Notes under the pieces: model-generated
Seen by the model: the letters and a program-made list of their open reading frames with translations, nothing else
The model's database searches: none
What the model was told of the DNA's origin: nothing
Shown here: piece by piece, positions 25,842 to 36,656 of the stretch
Layout of the letters: each line of letters starts with the position of its first letter
How positions within the stretch are numbered: the stretch's first letter is position 1
Translations under genes and position numbers: made by a program
NCBI GenBank assembly: GCA_030704615.1
Contig: CM060731.1
Span: 58,900,001 to 58,964,000 of the forward strand
DNA: 64,000 nucleotides
Direction: 5' to 3'
DNA from: Takakia lepidozioides
Taxonomy: Eukaryota > Plantae > Bryophyta

Positions 25842-28120
25842 CTACCCATGTGTTGTATCCCGCTGCAAAAGAGTATCGACCTCGTTGAAACTCATAGTGG
25901 CCTGGTGAATGAAGTTGTCACGTTTGGGATCGCAAACCATCCTCCTCAAAAATATGAAATACAAATGTTTGCAGGGTATGAATTTACCTCTCTTGCCCAA
26001 ACTGGTTGATAGCATATTCACAAAATCAGGACATGTGCAATTGGGGAAATTGGAAACCGTGATGTCGTAGGTCCTGTCATGAACAACAGATGTGGAAGTG
26101 ATGATTGTGAATACCCGACCATATCCTGGATCGGGTACTTCCGTGGTGCTTCCAACACGAGCTTGGAGCATTCTTGCGGACTCCACTTTGCCAAAGTGTT
26201 CAGCGGTTGGAGGGAAACGCCGAACGAGCTTTCCATCTCGTTTGGTTGGCCACAAGTCAGGATTTGTCGGGGGGACCCGGGAGGACGCAGAAGTAGTAGC
26301 ACATGCATGGAGTTGGGGTTGTCTCGCAAGGGAAAAACCTGCCTCCTCTAGCATTTCAATCTCCTGAAAACTGAGATGTGTTCCCACCTTCACGGGCCAA
26401 ACGGTTGGAGGAGATGGCTTCATCACTACGGAAGGACGCACAGTTCCATGCACACATCTGGCACAATCATCTGCGCAAAACCAGAACTTGTGGTTCTTGG
26501 CTTCTGGTTGACCGTATGGACGCATCAAGCCCGTGAAAGTCGGAGCAGGAGTTCGGGCACCACCTCTGGATATAGATGAAGTGCACTTCTCGAAATTAGT
26601 TGCCCTGATCGCTGTACATTTCACACGAGACCCTACACTTGTGCGTTCTATGTGCCAAACGTGGTCGGGGCATGCGGACTCAAGCACATCAAGGGGGTTG
26701 TTTCTCTCCTGCACTATTTCAGTGGCATGGTTTGATGCTGGAGCTTGCCGTCGTGTTGGAGGTTCCTCCACAATGGAGGTTCCGGACATGGAGCTGTCAT
26801 GCAGGGGAACATGAGGCTTCGAGAAGTTATCACGGTCTGCCCTGTGGGAATCTGAATCCGAACCAGGTGGAGTGTTCAATTTCCTCTTACAGGAGCCGAA
26901 TCTCTCCTCCCCTTCAAGATGTGGAACTCTAGAAACAAGTGGCGTTCCCTGGGCATACATGCTCACCGCCCGTGCTATCTTGATTGGATCCCCAGATCTG
27001 TTTGCAGCACGCAACATCAACTCCCATTTGTCCGGACCCTTGCCACCAACCCCACCTCGTAAGAAATCACGGTATCGGGTTTGTTGTTGCAAGGCGTATC
27101 AAATCATCTGTTGTTGCCACATACAAATCCCGACCTCGTTTCCCATACTGCTGCAACCATGCGTTGTGCACAGTTTCTGCCAAATTGCAAGATGGCATGT
27201 CCGCCATTTCCTCAATGGACATGTTCTGCAAAGAGGATAACCACACTTCATAACAGTGCACACGAAACAACATAAAGAAAGCAATGAGTCAAAAATATGG
27301 AAAGCAAATGTATGAATAAAGCAAGAAATAGAAGCCTCGTACCATTGTCATGGTTGCTCCCCACTGTCTATACCGGAAGTGCCAAAACGCCAGCCAATCT
27401 TTCAATGCTCTCATACTCTCAAGTGATGCAGCTCCAGAAGAGAACCACCAAGCACGAATTGTCTGGAACAAAGTGTCCGCCTCTTTCATTGTTCTAGCAT
27501 CTTTGTACTCTTTGCACAATTTACGGTGCTGAGTCTGCATCTCTGGTTTGATGTCCGACTTTGTATGTTTTTCCAGAGATTGTGTCCAATGGAATAGACA
27601 TGTACGCTCTCTTCCTGGCATAGGCACTTTTGGGTCGCCCAATCCGAAGACAATACGAACAGCATTGAAATTTGCTTGAGCACTATCCGCCATGAAACCT
27701 GCGAAATTTGGAGATGGCAGCCCATGACACGTATCAGGGAATTCCACATGAGCTTCTGGGATTCCGTATCCTCGGATTGCATGTCACAAACTGCAATTGT
27801 CATAACTCGTTGGTACACTGGATCGTAGACATGACAAGCCATTGTCGTCCAATCGTTCACTCGTTTCACATGATCAAACATAAGAAAACAGTTCTGCAAG
27901 TCCCCAGTGTTCTGCATCTGCTTCACGAGGCTAACCCCACTGCCCTCCCCAACAGTCGACATTTTGAAAAGAAAAACTTTGATGGCACCTTGACCTGGGA
28001 ATACATTGTCCTGGATGTAATCGTACTTGCTCACTCGTTTCAATTCCAAAATATTGTCTATGTAGCCTCTGATCCCAGAGCCCATTCTCAATGCATTGAT
28101 TTGATGCCGAATGTTAGGTG
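25842..28120 (-). pseudogene. MULE-like DDE transposase with C-terminal SWIM finger, 3' part (interrupted by LTR retrotransposon)
   Basis: MFDHVKRV (D1), FMADSAQAN (D2), CLFHW (CxxH), SCNLAETVHN (E), SWIM CTCPDF...PCKHLYFI; probable intron ~27227-27342; several frameshifts. Confidence 0.8.
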
Positions 28121-28125
28121 AACTT

Positions 28126-29115
28126 TGTTAGAGGACTATTTGGGACTTAGACACTTTTACGGGATCTGTGGGGTACCCTTACTTTTGCACAGAATGAGAC
28201 CAACAGGAGCCTTAGGGGTGACAGCAGCGCACTTTAGAAGGGGGTTACACAGCTCGTCACAGTCCGACACAGCCCGTCACAGCCAACACAGCTCGTCACA
28301 GTCCGACACAGCCCATCACAGTCTGACACAGCCAGACACAGCCAGACACAGCCGTCACAGCCAGTCACAGCTCGACACAGTCGACACAGCCCAACACAGT
28401 CGCACAGCCAGTCACAGCTTGACACAGCTGTCACGACCATAGGGAACGGATAGCAGGACAGGGAACGAATGTGGGGAACAACATCTGCGAATGTAACATG
28501 TTAGTACACGGATGACGGTTAGTGAGGGAAACGGTTAGAACAACGGGTAGGAAGATAAAGCCATGAGCGAGGACAGGAGGGAATCACTTCTGGGGGAATC
28601 ACTGCTGGAAGGAGTGGGGGAGCACTTCTTGGGGGGACTTCGGACATCACTGGGGGAAATGAGGCAGAGAGCGCATCTCTGAGCAGAAAGAGGGAAAGCA
28701 CGGAGTAGGAGGAGGACGATCTGTTGATGCTTAATGAATGCAAACAGTAGAATTGTAATGTAGAGCAGATTGGAGACTCCATGGCTTCAGCCTGATACTT
28801 GATAGATATTAATCTAATACATACTTCATACTCACACTGTGTAGAGAGATCTGAGTGAAGCTGTGGAATGAATGGATGAGTTGATGGAATCCGATAGATT
28901 GCTGAAGCAAACTGATACTTAAATACCAACAGTAAGGTAACTAGCTAACATGAATGCGGGAAGGAAAACAAATAGGAAACACCCCCATGATACACTAGCT
29001 GTAGGTCATGACTGATTGTTCTGAGCGGGCTGAGTGCTTAGAGATTTCCAACTCTTCTATCTTGGAGTTTCCGCCTCGGATAGCGAAGGGATGGGTGAGT
29101 AAAAGCCGCGCGACA
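28126..29115 (+). repeat. 5' LTR (990 bp)
   Basis: Direct repeat of 40245-41213 with TG...CA termini; contains about 19 CACAG units at 28247-28432. Confidence 0.97.
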
Positions 29116-29703
29116 TTTGGCGACCATACTAGGGATCTGGGTCATGAACAACCAGATGTGACAGGCATCTGGTGGGATCATGGTGGTTGGAGAATTAAAG
29201 AATTTGATGTGAATCAAATTCCTTATGAAACTGAGAAGGAAAGATTGTCCAAACGATTCTTCCAGAGGTTTTTGGAATTGCCAGACGGTTGTAAAGAAAA
29301 CATTCTTAAGAGAGTGCATGATGCTGACCCTGAGTGGGGTCTGGAGAAAGGAGTGATAAAGATTTATCAGGTGGCCTGTAGAGGAAGAGCACGTTGGTTA
29401 CCAACATTGGTTTATGTGATAGCATTGCTATCCATTAAGCGAGTAGAGTTTGAAGGCTGGGAGGAAAGAAAGGTGAATGTTTATACTCATATGCATGAAG
29501 AGCTTGTACTGGTAAAGAATTGGATTCCAAAGGATATTTTGTGGATCAAAATCACACCAAGAACAGCTTTCCAGACTTGTTTGCCATATGGTTATATGGT
29601 AACGGAGACTTCAAGTATAGCCAAGGGTGCATTGAAGCTTGAAAGAAACCCAGGCATATACGAGAGATATTACAGAAGAGAGTTTTGGTTATTGCCACAT
29701 TAA
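29008..29703 (+). CDS. Extra 5' ORF (ORF1, 231 aa) upstream of gag; unknown function
   Basis: Open frame beginning at an ATG inside the LTR and crossing the PBS; its C-terminal ~143 aa and the TAA stop are nearly identical in copy 2 (57945-58376). Confidence 0.7.
   Translation: MTDCSERAECLEISNSSILEFPPRIAKGWVSKSRATFGDHTRDLGHEQPDVTGIWWDHGGWRIKEFDVNQIPYETEKERLSKRFFQRFLELPDGCKENILKRVHDADPEWGLEKGVIKIYQVACRGRARWLPTLVYVIALLSIKRVEFEGWEERKVNVYTHMHEELVLVKNWIPKDILWIKITPRTAFQTCLPYGYMVTETSSIAKGALKLERNPGIYERYYRREFWLLPH
29118..29135 (+). promoter_or_regulatory. Primer-binding site TGGCGACCATACTAGGGA (tRNA-Arg-like)
   Basis: Starts with TGG 2 nt after the LTR; its complement ends ...TGGTCGCCA, as in the 3' end of a plant tRNA-Arg. 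The tRNA identity is inferred and the match is imperfect further in. Confidence 0.75.
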
Positions 29704-29709
29704 AAAGAA

Positions 29710-31680
29710 ATGAAAGACATGGGACAAAGAGAAGCTAGACGCCAGAGATATTCAGCAAAAAGAGAAAGCTATCTGAAAGCTAATTATCCATATCTTTGGG
29801 AGAGAGGAATAGACATAGGGGAATCATCTGGACCTCTCACACCATTAAGATCAGAGAGTACATCACCCATACCGGAAAAACTAGAGTTGGATGCCACTCC
29901 TTCTGTTTCTTTGCAAGAAAGATTAAGGGAATTGGTACGGGAAGAAGATCAATCACGAGGTGAAAGATCTGAGGTACATCCCTGGATAAAAGATTTGACA
30001 GAAATCTTTGATAAGAGTTGGCATGGAACACCAAAAGCAGGAACTCCAGTTTCTGAAGCGGAAGGTGAAGAAGGAGGAGAGGATGTGGCAGAGCCAACGG
30101 AGAGTTCAGACTCTCCAACACCATTGCAGTTGAGTTACATGAGTGAAGAAGAAACCCAAGGGCAGAACTTGGAGGATGAAAACAGAGAGAAGAAATTGGA
30201 AGAGGAAGAGTATGAAGAAGTAGACCCAACAGCTGAGGTTGAGACTACAACCAGGACATCCCAACCCGTTGGACCTGGATCAAGTGGAGCACTTGGATCA
30301 TAGGCCAACGAAGGTGTCGGCTCAGGGGGATCAGGCAGGCTGCCTGGATCTGGCTCTGGGGGGACAGGGAGTGTGGGAAGTAGTGCAACTGAAGCTGGGA
30401 ATACTGTGAATATCGTGGGGCCAGTAGCAGGGAGTGCTCAAGGGCCACCACTTGGTGAAAGATCCACCACAACAACAACAGGTCCTGAAGGACCAGCACC
30501 AACAAGGGTGCCAGCACCTGTCAGTGGGCAGAAGGTAGGGCCACAGATGGCGTTACAACCAACATGGGCAAAACCACCTTTTCCAATATATTCAGGAAAA
30601 GGGGATCCCGATGTACACATTAGCCAATTTGAGCACATGTGTATAGTGAACAATGAGAATGGCGATGATGTCAAGATGAGATTGTTTATTTGTTCACTTA
30701 TCAAAAAAGCAAGTGAATGGTATGCAAGATTCCCTGATAATCATTTCCTAACCTGGAATGGCTTGAATACAGCATTCTGAAATAGGTTCAGGACAAGTAA
30801 AACTGAGGATGAAGTGTATGGAAGTTTACAACAGTTAAAGCAAAAGAAGCATGAAACTGTTGAGGAGTATATGGAAAAGATGGAATTGATGATGAAAAAG
30901 TTGGCTGCAGTACCAGCACCAGGTTTACAGAAGACTTGGTTTGTGAGTGGACTAAGACCAGAGTTGCAAAAGAAAGTGGATATGTTACCCCATAATACAG
31001 TGGAGGAGGCATTTGAAACTGCAAACATAATTGAGCAATTGGGAATGCTCAGGAGAGAGAAAAGGGATGATGAGGACTCTGAGGATGAGTCAGATGAAGA
31101 AGAAGAGCAAGAACTAAAAAGGAAGAGTAAGAGAAAAGAGAAGTTGAAGAGGGATAACTATGAGAAAAGATTGGAAGAAATCTTGAAGAAGTATGTCACA
31201 GAGGCTGCAACACATTGGAGGAAGGGTGTATGGTGTGCAAAGTGCCAGAATGAAGCCATACCACCACAGAATGCCACATGAAGGAGAAACACTGTACTAT
31301 CTGTAAAATGGATAACCATTCTACTGAGAATTGTTACTACAACAGAAGGACAGTTGCAAGAGAACCTAGGCAAGTAAGGGTGCATCAGGTGCAGCCCCAG
31401 CCAAGAAGAAACAATGATCAGGACCACTATGGTAGGTCTGGTGGTTATAACAATGGCATGGAAGGGAGAGGTAATTCAAGAGGGAATTACCAAGGAAATT
31501 CCAGAGGCAACTATCAGGGTAATCCAAGGGGAATTACCACCCGGGAATCAGGATTACAAAATAATCCAAGAGCAGACCAAGGGCGAGGACCCAATGGTGA
31601 AGAACTATGTTACTATTGTAATCAGCCAGGACATCGCAAAGCAGCCTGTTCATTCTGGATAGACACCAGAATGAGATGAG
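29710..31680 (+). pseudogene. gag: Gag with long acidic/Gly-Ser N-terminal extension and three CCHC zinc knuckles (disrupted)
   Basis: Retrotrans_gag-like FPIYSGKGDPDVHISQFE..KMRLF.CSL..KASEWY..TWNGL; knuckles CAKCQNEGHTTTEC (intact in copy 2), CTICKMDNHSTENC and CYYCNQPGHRKAAC. Stops TAG 30301 and TGA 30778 are CAG and CGA in copy 2. Confidence 0.9.
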
Positions 31681-34600
31681 AGCTCCTGTGAATGAGGGCC
31701 CAGTGGTGGCAGCTCACATGGTTAGGCCATGTGTTGTACCAGAAGTAAGTACAATGATAGTAACAAGAAGCAAAGCCAAACTAATACCTCCAGTAGTTGA
31801 GGAAGATGATGATAATGAAGGTGGCAGTGATATGCCTGAAGATGATGAGGCTTGGAGAGATGAGAAGGAACTGCACAAGGAAGTGGCAGATACCATAAGG
31901 GAAATGCAGAAGAGTACTGATATTCCTGTGGCAGATTCCTCTGATTCTGATGGAGAAGAAGAAGTGAGTGAGGATGAAAGGAAGAAAGAAGATGCAGACA
32001 TGCAAAGTAATGAAGGGACTTTGGCTGAAGTAATATGCCAGACCAAAGCAGAGATTACCATTGGACAGCTATTGGCTGTGGCACCTTATTGTAGACACAG
32101 GTTGTATCAAGCAATCAATCGAATTGCCCAGGAGACAGGAAACACAGACCTGAACAGCAAGGTGACCAGTTATAATGTGAAGCCGGAAGGGCGAGAAACA
32201 GTCATGGACTTTGATGATTCTATGCCAGTAATCCAATTGAGAATTGGAAGCACAGAACTAACTGATGTACTGATAGATGGAGGCTCTGGAGTAAATATCA
32301 TGACAGACCAATTAAGAAAGAAGCTTGGTCTAAGTAACATGAAACCAGCCCCATTTACAGTAACAATGGCAGATCAAAGAAGTGTACAGCCATTGGGATT
32401 AATAAGAGGAGTTAAGATACAGATACAGAAGATGATCTTTATGATCACAGTATGGATGAAGTCATGGAGGCTTACTCCTTATTATTGGGACGTCCGTGGC
32501 TGAAACAGGCCAGGGTATTCCATGACTGGAATTATCAGTTTCTAACCGTGTTGTTTAAGGGGTATCTGATGTGGCGTAGTGTCAGCAACACCAATTGAAG
32601 AGGAAACCAACAGTTACCCATCACATTTCTATGAAGAAAAAGAAGGAGAAATGGAAATCCTAGAGGAACCAGCCACTGTGAGTTTACAGGATGAAGTGGT
32701 GACTGGTTGGACAATCACAGCTGATGAGCAAGTGAGGGAAGTGAATGTGGGAACTAAAGAGGAACCGAGGATGGTGAAGGTAGGAGCTGATTTGGAGCCA
32801 GAATTCTTTGAAGAAGCTAAGAGTTTGTTCATCAAATACAGAGATGTATTTGCTTGGAGCTATGAGGATCTAAAAGGGATACCACCTGAAATCTGTCAGC
32901 ATAAGATTGAACTGGAACCAGGGTCAGTACCAATCAAGCAGGCAAGGTACAGAATGAATCCCAACTACGCACAGAAGGTTGGAGAAGAGATCAAGAAGTT
33001 GGCTGAGGCTAAGTTTATATACCCAATAGAGTATACAACTTGGTTGTCACCCATTGTGATAGTTCCCAAGAAGAATGGTAAACTAAGAGTTTGTGTGAAC
33101 TACAAGAAGCTGAATGCTTGTACGAAGAAAGATCCTTTCCCTTTGCCATTCACAGAAGCAGTATTGGACACTGTGGCAGGCCATGAGATGTACTCATTCA
33201 TGGATGGCTTCAGTGGTTATAATCAAGTGCAAGTGGCAGAAGAAGACCAAGGAAAGACAGCTTTCATCACAGACTGGGGTGCTTATGCATACAAAGTCAT
33301 GCCCTTTGGACTTTGTAATGCACCAGCAACCTTTCAGAGAGTGATAAGTGAATCTTTTCATGAGTATCTGGATGATTTCATGCAGGTGTTCTTGGATGAT
33401 TTCAGTGTGTACAGCTCTAAGAATGAGCACTTGCATAAATTGGAGTTATGTCTGGCCAGATGCAGGATGAGAGGTCTGGGCCTGAATCCAGAGAAGTGTA
33501 CTTTCTGTGTGAACTCAGGGGTGCTTCTGGGACACATTGTGTGTAAGAGGGGACTTCTTGTGGATCCCAGGAAAGCAGAGGCCATTAAAGCCTCTCCACC
33601 ACCAGTGAATGTTAAGAGTCTAAGGAGATTCCTTGGACAAACCAGCTATTACAGAAGATTTGTCAGACGGTATGCACAGATAGCAGCACCATTGAGCAAA
33701 CTTCTGAAGAAAGATGCAGTGTTTGCATGGACACCTGAATGTCAACAGGCTTTTGAGGAACTTACATTGTCAGTAACAACTACACCTGTGCTGATTAATC
33801 CTCACTGGCAGGAAATATTTCATGTTCACTGTGATGCTTCTGGAGAAGCACTAGGAGCAGTGTTAGCCCAAAATGTTACAGGAAGGATAGATTCACCTGT
33901 GTACTATGCTAGCCGATTGATGAACAATGCCGAAAGAAATTATAGCACAACGGAAAGAGAAGCATTGGCAATGATCTATGCAGTGAAGAAATTCAGGCAT
34001 TACCTGTTGGGCAAGAAGTTTATGTTCTATGTGGATCACCAGGCTCTGATATACCTGGTAAACAAACCTCTGATAAGCGGAAGAATAGCAAGATGGTTGA
34101 TAATCTTGCACGAGTTTGAGTTCGAGGTTGTTTACAAGCCTGGGAGGCTGCATCTTGTGGCGGATCACTTGTCACGGTTATCAACAGGAGAACCAGCCAC
34201 GGGAGTAGATGATCAATTACCAGATGCGAGTCTATTTGCAGTGGAGGTGCAGGGAAGTGCAGATGACTGGTTAGATTGGCAGTGGCCAATCAGATACTAC
34301 CTTGCTCATGGTCAGTGCCCACCAAGTTATGGTAAGGAGCAGAGGAAGAGAATCGCTATCAAGGCTTTACCTTATACTATGGTAGGAAGCAGAATGTATA
34401 AGCTAGGACCTGATGGAGTACTAAAACGATGCTTGTACCACCATGAAGTAAATAAAGTTTTGGAGGAAGTTCATAAAGGAGTGGCTGGAGGTCATTTTGG
34501 AGAAGAGACTACCAGTAGGAAGATACTACTGCAGGTTACTGGTGGCCTACTTTGTTCAAAGATGTACACAAGTATTGTCAGAGTTGTGATGAATGTCAGA

Positions 34601-35490
34601 GGCTAGGACCTTTGCAGAGATCTGGAAGATGGCCTTTGCATCCTACAATGCCTACGGAACCATTTCAGAAATGGGGACTAGACTTTGTTGGACCAATTAA
34701 CCCACCAGCCAAGAATACACGGAACAGGTACATAATTACAGCCACAGCTAAAGCTTTGAGGGACAACACAGCCAAGTCCACAAGCAAGGTTCCTGTATGA
34801 GAACATACTTACACGATTTGGCTGTCCCTTGGAATTTATCAGTGATCAGGGAAGTCACTTCATTAATGAGACCATTGAATTATTGACTAAAGAGTTCATG
34901 ATTGTGCATAGGAAGAGTACAACATATTACCCACAGGGTAATGGGCAGGCAGAGGCTACCAACAAAATACTATGTACTATCTTGGCTAAGATAGTCAATG
35001 CAAACAGAACGGATTGGGATACAAAGCTGCTGACAGCTTTGTGGTCATACAGACTTCATATAAAGTCACCACTAAGTATACACCATTCCAATTAGTTTAT
35101 GGTATGGAAGCTTTACTTCCAGTGGAATTCCTGTTACCTACCATGAGAACGGAATGGGGAAAGAGAATGGAATTGCAAGATTCCATTAAGGTCAGGAAAC
35201 ATGAATTATACCATGTGGAAGAAGTACGTGCTGATGCAGCTGATAATATGACCAGAATTCAGATGAAGAGAAAGGAACAGTTTGATGAAGGCAAGTTAAA
35301 GACTTTTAAGACGGAGATTTGGTTCTATGGTTGCAGAAGAAAGGAAAGATTAAAGCTTCTAAGCTTAAATCACCATGGAAAGGACCTTATGTCATACAAA
35401 AGATGTATGATAACAACACCGCCATGTTACAAACCATTAACAAAGAGATGCTGGGAAGAGTCAATGCCAATAAGTTGAAGGGGTACAGTG
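31676..35490 (+). pseudogene. pol: Pol: aspartic protease, reverse transcriptase, RNase H, integrase (frameshifted)
   Basis: VLIDGGSGVNIM (PR); MDGFSGYNQ, MPFGLCNAPATFQR, VFLDDF (RT); HCDASGEALGAVL, YSTTEREALA, DHQAL (RH); H-H-C-C zinc finger, [29 protein letters not shown] (IN). Confidence 0.95.
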
Positions 35491-35615
35491 GTATCCATGA
35501 CAAACCATTGCAGCATGATTTGCATGTTGAAACGCAAAAGCAGTCACGGGCTGCGCCAGTGATACCAACGGAGTATGGAGCACTTGTCGCTAAGCCGAGC
35601 ATATATGACCAGGGC

Positions 35616-35945
35616 GACACAGCCTATCATAGCCCAGCGAGGCGCGACACAGCCTATCACAGCCCATCACGACGTGACACAGCCTATCACAGCCCAGCAA
35701 TGCGCGACACAGCCTATCACAGCCCAGCACGGCGCGACACAGCCTATCACAGCCCATCACGACGTGACACAGCCTATCACAGCCCAGCGAGGCACGACAC
35801 AACATATCACAGCCCAGCACGGAGCAATACAGCCTATCACAACCTACCACAGCGTGTCACAGCCTATCACAGCTTACCACAGTGCAACACAGCCTATCAC
35901 GGCGTACCACAGTATGACACAGCCTGTCACAGCTCAACACAGCCT
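35616..35945 (+). repeat. Eleven 30-bp tandem repeats encoding (DTAYHSPxRR)n in the integrase frame
   Basis: Unit gacacagcctatcacagcccagcgaggcgc with exact 30-bp spacing, decaying toward the 3' end. Confidence 0.92.
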
Positions 35946-36656
35946 ACTAGGGTTACACAATCCATAGAATCAGTGACAGGTGGACGCAGGATAACTTCAG
36001 GGAAATGGCCGGCGGAAGAAAGGACGGAAGCCAGTTTAGAAAGGGACACGTGGAAGTCAGGGCGCAACACACAGCTGAGAAGGAAGTGCAAGAACAGATG
36101 TCATCAAGAAAGAGGACAAGAATGGCCGTCAAAATACCTAATTAGCACGTCAATTCGGATGAATGGCGGGCCCATTAATGAATACGGAAAAAGGGCAACA
36201 GAACAAACGGCAAGTACAGAAAAGCGAAATTCTTGTCACATGTGTTATCCTAGTGGACAGTCCAGCAGGGAAAGTCCACTAAAGAAAATTAAATCTAAAA
36301 TCCAGTCACAGCGGTTACAGCCAATCGAAAGCCAGAGAAGGGATCAAGAAATTGGAGGGAATTTAAGCGCAAGAGTCGGCGTCGTTCTAAGTAACGGGCG
36401 TCTCGACGGGACAAACCATCAATGCTATAGCTTTGAAGCTATGGAGGAACTAACAGACTATACGCTCGCAATATTACTTACGCAGTGGCATAGGGACGAA
36501 AGAACAGAGCGGATCTTTTCTCTTGATCGATGCTTGCAAGCCCCGCAGGCTTACAAGAAATTACCCATAGCTTTTTGTGGCAACCATACGTTTATGCTTT
36601 GTGCCCTGCAGGCATTTCTTCAATTGTTACAGCCAAAACATTTCTGTGGGTCTAGA

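Noticed and set aside
28125-28929. ORFs inside the LTRs (also 40226-41027 and 57226-57450)
   Set aside because: They are translations of the CACAG array or antisense frames, and they differ by frameshifts between LTRs.
32260-33420. Non-canonical catalytic motifs DGG (protease) and FLDD (RT)
   Set aside because: Both are shared by the two copies, and F-x-DD is normal for Athila-related RTs; not evidence of inactivation or novelty.
35616-35945. CRISPR-like 30-bp periodic array
   Set aside because: No unique spacers, no cas genes, and it lies inside a eukaryotic retrotransposon; it is a plain tandem repeat.
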